A DNA stretch of 64,000 nucleotides from Vicinamibacterales bacterium (GTDB lineage Bacteria; Acidobacteriota; Vicinamibacteria; Vicinamibacterales; JAMQPK01): contig CAWAKJ010000003.1 of NCBI GenBank assembly GCA_963782595.1, forward strand, positions 120,641 through 184,640. Direction: 5' to 3'. Shown piece by piece: positions 47,811-56,178 of this stretch (within the stretch, counting starts at the first letter, position 1; each line of letters starts with the position of its first letter). Position numbers and translations under genes: made by a program. The notes under the pieces were generated by a model. The model was not told the DNA's origin, did no database searches, and was given only the letters and a program-made list of their open reading frames with translations.

Positions 47811-49403
47811 ATGACAGTCCTCAATCGACGCGACCTGCTGCGTGGAGGACGCGACCTCGCCGCTCTGCTGAGCCTGTCGACGCTCGCCGGAACGGAGTCG
47901 CCACTGGTGGTGACGCCTGCTGAAGCCGCGCAGAACACAGGCCGCCCGGCTGGTGACGTCTATCGGTCGATCGGCGTCAAACCGGTCATCAATGGACGCG
48001 GCACCTTCACCATCATCAGCGGTTCGTTGATGCTTCCGGAGGTACGCGCGGCGATGGACGCGGCTGCGCGCCAGTATGTCCATCTCGACGAGCTCGCCGA
48101 ATCCATCGGCGCACGATTGGCGACGCTGACGGGCGCCGAGTGGGGCCTGGTCACGGCCGGGTGTTCTGCCGCGCTGACGCATGCGACCGCGGCCTGCGTC
48201 GCGGGCGGCAACCCCGACCTGCACGTCCGCATTCCGCAGTTGAGCGGTTTCGCCAAGGACGAAGTCATCATCCCGAAGCACTCGCGCAACGTCTACGATT
48301 CGGCCGTGCGAGTGGTGGGCACGCGTGTCATCGAGGTGAACACGCTCGACGAGCTCGAAGGCGCGCTCGGGCCGCGCACCGCGATGATCTACGTGCTGGC
48401 GGGGCAGGGCGCCGACCAGAGTGCGCTCAACTTGAAAGTGCTCGCGCAGGTGGCGACGCCCAAGGGTGTGCCGATTCTTGTGGATGCTGCGGCGGAGATT
48501 CTGACGATTCCGAACGTGCACCTGCAAAATGGCGCCGCGCTTGTCGCCTACAGCGGCGGCAAATGCCTGAGGGGCCCGCAGACGGCCGGCCTGCTGCTCG
48601 GCCGGAAGGACCTTGTCCAGGCGGCGTGGGTGCACAGCGCGCCGCATCACGGGCCCGGGCGTGCGATGAAGGTCGGAAAAGAAGAGGCGATCGGCATGCT
48701 GACCGCTGTCGAGATGTGGGTGAAGCGCGACCACGACGCCGAGTGGAAGCAATGGACGGGGTGGATCGACCACATCGCGCGGCGGCTCGCGAAGATCGAT
48801 GGTATTAGCACGAACGTCACGCAGCCGGGCGGCCTGTCGAATCGGACGCCGTCCTTGCGTGTCTGGTGGAATCCCGAGAAGCTCGGGTTCTCGGGCGAGA
48901 CCGTCGCGCGCACGTTGCTCGAGACCGAGCCGAGAATTGTCCTCTCCCCCGGGCGAAGGCCAGGACCGCCGGTCGAATCCGGCGTCAGCGTCACGCCTTA
49001 CATGATGGCGCCGGGCGACGAGGTGACGATTGCCGATCGGCTGCACGCGCTGCTGACGTCGCGCACGCTGCGCGAACCCGTCGTCGAGACCGTTGCGCCT
49101 GTTGCCGATCTGAGTGGCCGCTGGAACGTGCGCATCCAGTACGCAGCCGGCGTCTCGACGCACGTGCTGCACCTCAGGCAGGCGGGCAACGGGATCGACG
49201 GCACCCATCAAGGCGACTTCGTCTCGCGCGATCTCACGGGAACGATCAGCGGAAGCGACGTACGCCTCCGCAGCAACCTCGGCGGACAGAACGGCGACGC
49301 GCTGTCCTTCGCCTTCACCGGGAAGATTTCGGGAAACGAAATGGCCGGTGAGCTCGATATGGGTGAGTACCTGGCGGCACGGTGGAAGGCGACCCGGACG
49401 TGA
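47811..49403 (+). CDS. SelA-like / DgaE-like fold-type-I PLP-dependent enzyme with Tat signal and a C-terminal extension
   Basis: Twin-arginine signal 'NRRDLLRGGRDLAALL'. 'AYSGGKCLRGPQTAGLLLGRKDL' resembles the SelA PLP-lysine region. RBS AAGGAGA upstream. Confidence 0.65.
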   Translation: MTVLNRRDLLRGGRDLAALLSLSTLAGTESPLVVTPAEAAQNTGRPAGDVYRSIGVKPVINGRGTFTIISGSLMLPEVRAAMDAAARQYVHLDELAESIGARLATLTGAEWGLVTAGCSAALTHATAACVAGGNPDLHVRIPQLSGFAKDEVIIPKHSRNVYDSAVRVVGTRVIEVNTLDELEGALGPRTAMIYVLAGQGADQSALNLKVLAQVATPKGVPILVDAAAEILTIPNVHLQNGAALVAYSGGKCLRGPQTAGLLLGRKDLVQAAWVHSAPHHGPGRAMKVGKEEAIGMLTAVEMWVKRDHDAEWKQWTGWIDHIARRLAKIDGISTNVTQPGGLSNRTPSLRVWWNPEKLGFSGETVARTLLETEPRIVLSPGRRPGPPVESGVSVTPYMMAPGDEVTIADRLHALLTSRTLREPVVETVAPVADLSGRWNVRIQYAAGVSTHVLHLRQAGNGIDGTHQGDFVSRDLTGTISGSDVRLRSNLGGQNGDALSFAFTGKISGNEMAGELDMGEYLAARWKATRT

Positions 49404-49463
49404 GTCGCGAGTCGCAAGTCGTAAGCCGCAAGGCACATGCGTAGTGTCCGGCTTTAGCCGGAC
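49403..49463 (+). repeat. Tandem heptamers (AGTCGCG/AGTCGCA/AGTCGTA/AGCCGCA) followed by a 7-bp hairpin GTCCGGC-TTTA-GCCGGAC
   Basis: Read directly from 49403-49432 and 49446-49463. It lies between the SelA-like stop and the RidA RBS (CAGGAGG). Confidence 0.7.
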
Positions 49464-49477
49464 CTCAGGAGGCATCA

Positions 49478-49945
49478 ATGAAATCGAACCGCCGCAAATT
49501 TCTCACGAAGTCGACTGCCGTCGCTGCCGCCGTCGCACTGCCGGCGGCCGCGCACGCGCAGACCACAGCCGGCGCGACGCCGGTGAAGAAAGTGCACTGG
49601 GCCAGCGGCAAACCGCCAGAGAAGCCACCGCTCTTCAGCGGCATCGTGACGTTCGGGAACATGGTGTTCATCGCCGGCATCGGCGCGCACTTCAAGGGCG
49701 ATATCGGCGCGCACACCAAACATGTGCTCGACGAAATCGAGAAGCGGCTGCTTTCCGTGGGTTCGTCGATGGATAAAGTGCTGAAGGTGAACGTCTACCT
49801 GAACGACTTGAAGGATTATGCGGGCATGAATGCTGCGTTTCTCGGCCGCTTCGGCGCCGAGCCGCCCGTCCGGACCACGATCGCCGCGGCCGGAGGAATC
49901 CCCGGAGACTCGCTCGTCGAGATCGATTGTATTGCGGCCATCTAG
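49478..49945 (+). CDS. RidA/YjgF/UK114-family protein with Tat-type signal peptide
   Basis: 'NRRKFLTKSTAVAAAVALPAAAHA' signal. 'VLKVNVYLNDLKDYAGMNAAF' and 'PVRTTIAAAGGIPGDSLVEIDCIA' are YjgF-family motifs. Confidence 0.8.
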   Translation: MKSNRRKFLTKSTAVAAAVALPAAAHAQTTAGATPVKKVHWASGKPPEKPPLFSGIVTFGNMVFIAGIGAHFKGDIGAHTKHVLDEIEKRLLSVGSSMDKVLKVNVYLNDLKDYAGMNAAFLGRFGAEPPVRTTIAAAGGIPGDSLVEIDCIAAI

Positions 49946-49981
49946 TTGGTGGTTGGTGGTGAGTAGTCGGGGGGTTGCCGG

Positions 49982-50193
49982 TTTCGACGCAGAGTCGCAG
50001 AGCCGCAGAGAAAACCCTGGCGTGCGATGCAGCGTGACAGCCTCTGTGGGCTGCATCAGATTGCTCCATCGGAGGCATCGACGTCGTGGGCCGCGGACGC
50101 GGCGCGACGCCGATGCTCAGCTCCGCGCGCTCCGTGTTAAAGGACCAGCGAAGTGGCGCGTTTTCTCAGCGGCTCTGCGCCTCTGCGTCGAAA
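49982..50193. mobile_element. MITE-like element B2: 212 nt bounded by 33-nt terminal inverted repeats made of CGCAGAG octamers
   Basis: Left TIR: tttcgacgcagagtcgcagagccgcagagaaaa. The reverse complement of the right TIR is tttcgacgcagaggcgcagagccgctgagaaaa (31/33 identical). There is an internal hairpin gcatcgacgtcg...cgacgccgatgc. No ORF. Confidence 0.65.
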
Positions 50194-50210
50194 TCAGGCA
50201 GACGCAAGCA

Positions 50211-50264
50211 TTCCGTGGCAACCCGTTGGTCGACATCGATTGCATCGCATCGATCTATGAGTAG
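50211..50264 (+). pseudogene. Orphan 3' fragment of a RidA-like gene
   Basis: It translates '...NPLVDIDCIASIYE*' (compare the intact gene end 'DSLVEIDCIAAI*'). At nucleotide level, gtcgacatcgattgcatcgc matches gtcgagatcgattgtattgc. Confidence 0.6.
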
Positions 50265-50286
50265 TTTTTTCTATGAGTAGTTTTTT
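50255..50286 (+). repeat. Perfect tandem duplication of a 16-mer (CTATGAGTAGTTTTTT x2)
   Basis: Read directly; each unit ends in T6. Confidence 0.85.
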
Positions 50287-50648
50287 CCGGTTGCGTAGAT
50301 TTTTCCAGTTGCAAACGCCGTAAACGCCGTTCAATCTGGCGTGCATGGTGCGCTTCGCGTCCACGGCGTCCCCTCGTGTCGTCGCCAGCGTGAACACCTG
50401 TCCGTTCGATCTGCATCGATTCCGATCATCTCGTCTGCGCCTCCCAGCACTGCTCTTGATGTAACAGTCTTGTAACTGTGGCGAATCCGCTTCATGTGGT
50501 TGCCTGAGATATCGGTACGCGATCTGCATTGGAGCCGTAATGCATCCCCCCTGCGACCTCCCAATTGAATTCCATTCGTAAACGATGCGGACATTGTCTC
50601 TGTACGAAATCGCGCGAATGGACCTGCTTGACGACTTGAACGCTACCG

Positions 50649-51921
50649 ATGACCACAACACGCCACTTGCCATCCAGATCGCCCGCGACTCCGCAGGCGC
50701 GGATTGCACTGTATTCACACGACACAATGGGGCTCGGACACATGCGGCGAAATCTGCTTCTCGCCCAGTGTCTGTGCGCATCCACACTGAACGTTGCGAT
50801 TTTGATGATCGCGGGTGCGCGAGAAGCCGCAGCGTTTGCCATGCCGTCGAGTGTGGATTGTCTGACGCTGCCGGCTCTCTCAAAGCACGGCAACGGGCAG
50901 TACAGCTGCCGCCACATGCCCATCTCCCTGCAGGAAATTGTCACGGTACGCTCCAGCGCCATACGAGCGGCGCTCGAGGCCTTCGACCCCGACGTGCTCA
51001 TTGTCGATAACGTGCCGCGTGGCGCCGTCCACGAGCTCGACGCCACCCTGAAGTCCATCAGCGCCAGCGGCCGTACGCGTGTGGTCCTCGGGCTGCGCGA
51101 TGTGCTCGACGACCCGGCCGTCGTGCGCGCGGAGTGGCGTGTCTCGGCAAACGAACGAGCCATCCTCGACTACTACGACGCCATCTGGGTGTACGGCGAC
51201 GCACGCGTGTGTGATCCCGCCGTCGAGTACGGCTTCAGTCCTGAGGTCAGCGAGCGAGTGCGGTTCGCTCGGGTATCTGGACCAGCGTCAGCGTCTGGCG
51301 TTCGCGACCGATGCCGACAAAGCGGTGCTGCGAGAGCTGGGCTTTTCGCCGGGTCGACTGGTGATTGGTGCGGTCGGCGGCGGACAGGACGGCGTGCGGC
51401 TGGCGGACGCGTTCACGCAGGCGGTATTGCCACCAGGGACGAATGCGCTGCTGCTGACGGGGCCGTTCATGCCTTCGCGCATCCGCCAGCGAATCCTGCG
51501 CCGGGCCGAGCGTAATCCGCGCCTTCGCGTTCTCGAGTTCGTCCGCGAACCCGCGGTGCTGTTGGAGCACGCCGATCGTGTGGTGACGATGGGCGGATAC
51601 AGCACGACGTGCGAGATCCTGTCCTTTGGGAAACATGCGCTCATCGTGCCGCGCGTTCGTCCCCGGCGCGAGCAGTTCATCCGCGCCGAGCGGCTGACCA
51701 ACCTGGGTCTCGTCCAGTCCATCCACCCCGACAACGTGACGCCCGAACGAATTTCCGCGTGGCTGGCGCGCGATCTGGGTGCGCCCCCGGTGGCCACCAC
51801 CCACCTCGATTTCGGCGGACTCCGCCGGGTGCCCGAACTGTTGCAAGAGTTGCTCACCGATTCGAGCGAGCCGTCTGAGGCGCGCAGCGTCGCCCGGAGG
51901 ATTTCACATGCCTCAGTGTGA
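50649..51921 (+). pseudogene. GT-B glycosyltransferase (GT28/MurG-C-terminal-like), frame-disrupted (+1) near 51270
   Basis: The N-terminus is in ORF 50649..51515 ('RIALYSHDTMGLGHMRRNLLLAQ...SERVRFA'). The continuation 'GYLDQRQRLAF...VIGAVGGGQDG...VVTMGGYSTTCEILSFGKHALIVP' is in ORF 51079..51921. Confidence 0.7.
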
Positions 51922-53144
51922 CGGTCCGTCCGTCGCGTACATCGTCAAACGCTATCCCCGGTACTCCGAGACGTTCATCGTGACGGAGATTCTGGCGCAC
52001 GAAGCCGCTGGCTGCGACTATCGAGATTTTCGCGCTGCGGCCTCCATCGGATACCCATTTCCAGGATGCGATCGGGCGTGTCCGAGCGCCCGTCACCTAC
52101 ATTCCCTTCGAGCGCGTGCGGACCGACGACTTCTGGGCGGCCCTTCGGCAGGCGCCTGCGTCGTTGCCGCGCATGTGGCAGGTGTTGGGTGATGCTGGAG
52201 CGGAAGACGCGCGAACCGTGTACCAGGCCATCATCGTCGGCCAGCTCGCGGTCGAGCGGGGCATCTCGCACCTGCACGCCCACTTCGCCACTTCGGCGAC
52301 GTCCGTTGCCCGTCTGGCCGCGCGTCTGGCCGGCGTGACGTACAGCTTCACGGCTCATGCAAAGGATATTTACGGTCCGGAGGTCAGACACGAAGACCTG
52401 AGAAGCAAACTCGCAGATGCATCTGCCGGCGTGACGGTGAGCGATTACAACCTCGCGCATCTGCGCCGGACCTATGGTCCTGCGGCCGACCGGGTCACTC
52501 GCGTCTACAACGGGCTGCCTCTCGACGAATTTCCCTATTCGAGCCCGGACACACGGTCGCCGCTGATTCTTTTCGTGGGACGGCTGGTCGAGAAGAAAGG
52601 GCTCACCGATCTCATCGATGCGTGCGCCATTCTCACGGAGGCACGCCGGCCGTTCCTGTGTCGCATCGTCGGTGAAGGACCGCTCGAAGGACAGCTGCAC
52701 GCGCAGATCGATCGCCTGGGACTCTCCTCGAATGTGATCCTGCTCGGACCACGGCCGCGACGCGAAGTCGTGCGGCACCTCCAGCAGGCTGCCGTGCTGG
52801 CAGCGCCATGTGTCGTCTCGCCTGACGGCGACCGGGACGGCTTGCCGACGGTACTCATCGAAGCGATGGCCGCGGGCACGCCCTGCGTCGCCACGCGTGT
52901 GACGGGCATTCCCGAGATCGTCCGTGATGAATCGACGGGCCTTCTCGTCGACGAGCACAATCCGCGCGCACTCGCGGTAGCGCTCGAGCGCCTGCTGTCC
53001 GACGCCCAACTGCGGGTCCGGCTCGCAACCGCCGGGCGCGCTCTCATCGAGTGCTCTTTTGATACTCGCCGGAACGCGGCGCAGATTCGGCGTCTCTTCG
53101 CGTCAAGCGCGACGTCTGCCGTGGTTCCCGAGGAGGTTGCCTAG
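51908..53144 (+). pseudogene. GT4 glycosyltransferase (WcaL-like N-terminus), frame-disrupted (+1) near 52028
   Basis: 'VAYIVKRYPRYSETFIVTEILAHEAAGCD' (ORF 51779..52192 frame) continues as 'IEIFALRPPSDTHFQDAIGRVRAPVTYIPFERV...' in the frame of ORF 52116..53144. 'GDRDGLPTVLIEAMAAGTPCVATRVTGIPEIV' is also present. Confidence 0.75.
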
Positions 53145-54352
53145 TGCGAGTGGCATACGTGTCCGCAGATCCGGGCGTACCGATCTACGGCAACAAGGGC
53201 TGTTCTATTCACGTGCAGGAAGTCGTCAGGGCGCTGAAGACATATGGCGCCGAGGTCGACATATTCGCGGCTCGCGTCGGTGGCGATCCTCCGCCCGGGC
53301 TCGAGGACGTGGCCGTTTATCCGCTCGTAGAACAAGCAGTAGGGCGGGTCTTGAAGTACAAGACCCGCCCTACTACTGGCGATGCAGCAGCCCGCGAACG
53401 TGCAGCGATGCGGATGAACCGCGGGTTGATGCACGCACTCAGGCGTCACGGCCCGTTCGACGTCGTCTACGAAAGGTACTCGTTGTGGGGTTTTGCGGGC
53501 ATGCGGTTCGCGCGCCAGCAAGGCATTCCTGGTGTACTGGAAGTCAATGCGCCTTTGATTCAGGAGCAGGCCGAGCATCGCACGCTCTGCGACAAAGCCG
53601 CCGCCACTCGCATCGCCGAGCGCAGTTTTTCCGCTGCCCACACGATTGTGGCGGTATCGGCAGCCGTTGCCGAGTACGTCAGAGAGATTACAGGGACTGT
53701 GGCTCGCCTTACGGTCATCCCGAACGGCGTCGATCCATCACGGTTTCCGTTGCCAGATATTCAAAAGCCCAGAGCTCGCGGCGCCGGCTTTACAGTCGGT
53801 TTCGTCGGCACGCTGAAACCGTGGCATGGCGTGTCGACGCTCGTCGACGCTTTCGCGGAACTGCATCGAGAAGATCCCACCTCGCGGCTCGTCGTCGTGG
53901 GTGATGGGCCCATGCGTGTCGAGGTGACGCAACGCCTGGATGCGCTCGGCCTCAGTGCGGTCTCGCGACTTACCGGAGCAGTAGCTCCGCAATCGATTCC
54001 GGCTTTGCTTTCAACCATGGACGCGGCCGTTGCGCCGTACGCTGCACGGTCCGGCTTCTATTTCTCGCCACTGAAGATTCTCGAATACATGGCGGCCGGG
54101 CTCCCGATCGTCGCGAGCCGAATGGGGCAGATCGAGGATCTCATCTCGGATGGCGAAACCGGCCTGCTGTGCGAGCCCAGCTGCGTTCGGTCACTGGCGG
54201 AGCGATTGCTCTGGTTGCGTGACGCCCCCGCGCTGCGGCAGGAGCTCGGATCCGCCGCCCGCGCGGCCGTCCTGAAAGACCATACCTGGCTCGATGTCAC
54301 TCAGCGCATCTTTGCGCGCGCAGGCTTCAACCTCCGGGAAGTGCGATGCTGA
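53144..54352 (+). CDS. GT4 glycosyltransferase carrying an in-frame palindromic repeat
   Basis: 'MRVAYVSADPGVPIYGNKGCSIHVQEVVRAL' and 'SPLKILEYMAAGLPIVASRMGQIEDLI'. GTG start overlapping the upstream TAG. Confidence 0.8.
   Translation: MRVAYVSADPGVPIYGNKGCSIHVQEVVRALKTYGAEVDIFAARVGGDPPPGLEDVAVYPLVEQAVGRVLKYKTRPTTGDAAARERAAMRMNRGLMHALRRHGPFDVVYERYSLWGFAGMRFARQQGIPGVLEVNAPLIQEQAEHRTLCDKAAATRIAERSFSAAHTIVAVSAAVAEYVREITGTVARLTVIPNGVDPSRFPLPDIQKPRARGAGFTVGFVGTLKPWHGVSTLVDAFAELHREDPTSRLVVVGDGPMRVEVTQRLDALGLSAVSRLTGAVAPQSIPALLSTMDAAVAPYAARSGFYFSPLKILEYMAAGLPIVASRMGQIEDLISDGETGLLCEPSCVRSLAERLLWLRDAPALRQELGSAARAAVLKDHTWLDVTQRIFARAGFNLREVRC
53339..53373. repeat. Perfect palindrome of the GTAGGGCGGGTCTTG family, located inside the GT4 CDS
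   Basis: gtagggcgggtcttg-aagta-caagacccgccctac (15-bp stem). It is translated in frame as '...AVGRVLKYKTRPTT...'. Confidence 0.9.
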
Positions 54353-56171
54353 AGCCTCCAGGCATGGTCGCGCTGGTGCGGCGTTTCTGGCCGCTCGTGT
54401 GGAAAGAGCGGCTCATCGTCGGCATGTCGTTCGTCGCGCTGCTGGCCGAAATCGGTCTGCGGTTGCTGGAGCCCTGGCCTCTCAAGATCGTCTTCGACCG
54501 TCTCATCCCGATCGGCGCGCCAGACGTCTCGAGCGTGCCGATCGCCGGCACGCTCAGTGCGTCAGCACTTCTGGCGCTCGCTGCGTTGTCGCTGGTCGAT
54601 GCTCATCGGGCTGCGGGCGTTTGCTGCTTATGTGTCCGACGGTGGGATTCTCGCTCGCCGGCAACCGGGTGTTGACCGACGTGCGTGGCGACCTCTATCG
54701 CCATCTGCAGTCGCTGCCCCTTTCCTTCCATCATCGTGCGCGGCAGGGCGATCTCACGCTTCGCGTGATTAGCGACGTCGGGATGCTCAAAGACGTTGTC
54801 GTCACCGCGTTTCTGCCGCTCGTCGCCAACGTCCTGATTCTGGTGGGCATGCTGGCAATGATGTTCGTCATGGAGTGGCGGCTCGCGCTGGTGGCCACCA
54901 GCGTCCTGCCGTGCTTCTGGCTGTTTACCGGGCGCCTCGGACGCCGTATCCAGCATGCTTCCCGGGTTCAGCGCCAACGGGAGAGCGCACTCGCGGCGAC
55001 GGCCGCCGAGTCTGTTTCGGCGATCAAGGTCGTGAAGGCTCTCTCCCTGGAGTCGGCCTTCGCGCGCAGCTTCACGGAGGTTAACCGGCGCAGCCTGACC
55101 GACGGCGCGCAATTGAAGCGTTTGTCCGCAGGCCTCGAGCGCACTGTCGACCTGCTCATCGCCGCGGCCACTGCGCTCGTGCTGTGGTTCGGAGCCCGCC
55201 TCGTCATGGATCGCGCCTTGTCCCCGGGCGACTTGCTCGTGTTCCTGAGCTATCTGAAGAACGCCTTCAAGCCGATTCAGGACCTGGCGAAGTATTCGGG
55301 ACGTCTCGCGAAAGGTTCAGCAGCGGCTGAACGGGTAATCGACATCCTCGATCGCACGCCGGACGTCGGCGACCTCCCCGGCGCAACGGCGGCGCCGGCC
55401 TTCGTGGGCGCCGTGCGATTCAATGATGTGAGCTTTGCCTACGAAGCTGATGGTGGGGCGCTGCACGACGTCGAGTTGTCGTTCCAGCCAGGACAGCGGG
55501 TTGTGCTGACGGGACCCTCCGGCGGCGGGAAGTCGACGCTCCTGAGCCTGTTGCTCCGGCTGTACGAGCCGTCGAAAGGATGCGTCCTTATCGACGGTCG
55601 CGACATCCGCACATTCACACTCGAATCGCTGCGAAATCAGATAGCCGTCGTCCTGCAGGACACGGTCCTGTTTGCCGCGACTGTGCGCGAGAACATTGCG
55701 TTCGGAGCGCCACATGCCTTGCGGGTCGACATCGAGGCGGCGGCACGGCTCGCGAATGCAGACGGCTTCATCCGCGAGTTGCCCGGCGGGTACGACGCGA
55801 TGGTCGGCGAGCGGGGCGTCACTCTCTCGAGCGGCCAGCGCCAACGCATCGCGATTGCACGTGCGGCCGTCCGGCGCGCACCGATTCTGATTCTCGATGA
55901 GCCGACAACCGGTCTGGACGAGGCAAACGCTCGAGCTGTGACTGAAGCGTTCGAGCGGGTCGCCACGGGTCCGACGACCTTCATCGTGACGCACGATCCA
56001 CGAGTTGCCGCAACCGCCGATCGCATCGTCTACATCGAACGAGGGCGGGTTGTCGAACACGGCTCACCGGCAGAACTGCTGCGCGCACAGGGGCCGTTTG
56101 CCCGCCTGCAGGAGCTGTACAGCACCGGCTCTCACACCACGGAGGACACTGTTGCCGCGACCGGCCGATGA
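54346..56171 (+). pseudogene. ABC exporter, fused TMD-NBD (MsbA-like), with two +1 frame disruptions near 54598 and 54638
   Basis: The N-terminus 'LVRRFWPLVWKERLIVGMSFVALLAEIGLRLLEPWPLKIVFD...ALAALSLV' is in ORF 54346..54675. Then 'MLIGLRAFAAYVS' is in the frame of ORF 54557..54772. Then 'TVGFSLAGNRVLTDVRGDLYRHLQ...' is in ORF 54294..56171. Walker A 'GPSGGGKST', signature 'LSSGQRQRIAIARA' and Walker B 'ILILDEPT' are present. Confidence 0.8.
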
Positions 56172-56178
56172 CGCTGTC

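Noticed and set aside
47685-49478. 597-aa ORF antisense to the SelA-like gene
   Set aside because: Same shadow-ORF composition (R, H, D and G runs). It starts inside repeat elements. The plus-strand gene has clear PLP-enzyme motifs and an RBS.
45332-50290. CRISPR array suggested by short tandem repeats
   Set aside because: The units are contiguous 7-8-mers without spacers, arranged as inverted arms. There is no 24-40-nt repeat/spacer periodicity and no cas genes.
9209-56171. Programmed +1 ribosomal frameshifting as the explanation for the frame disruptions
   Set aside because: The ten sites share no slippery or stimulatory motif. Only two are UUU-C, and there is no in-frame stop or SD-like stimulator as in prfB. 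Ten independent recoding sites in unrelated genes would be unprecedented.
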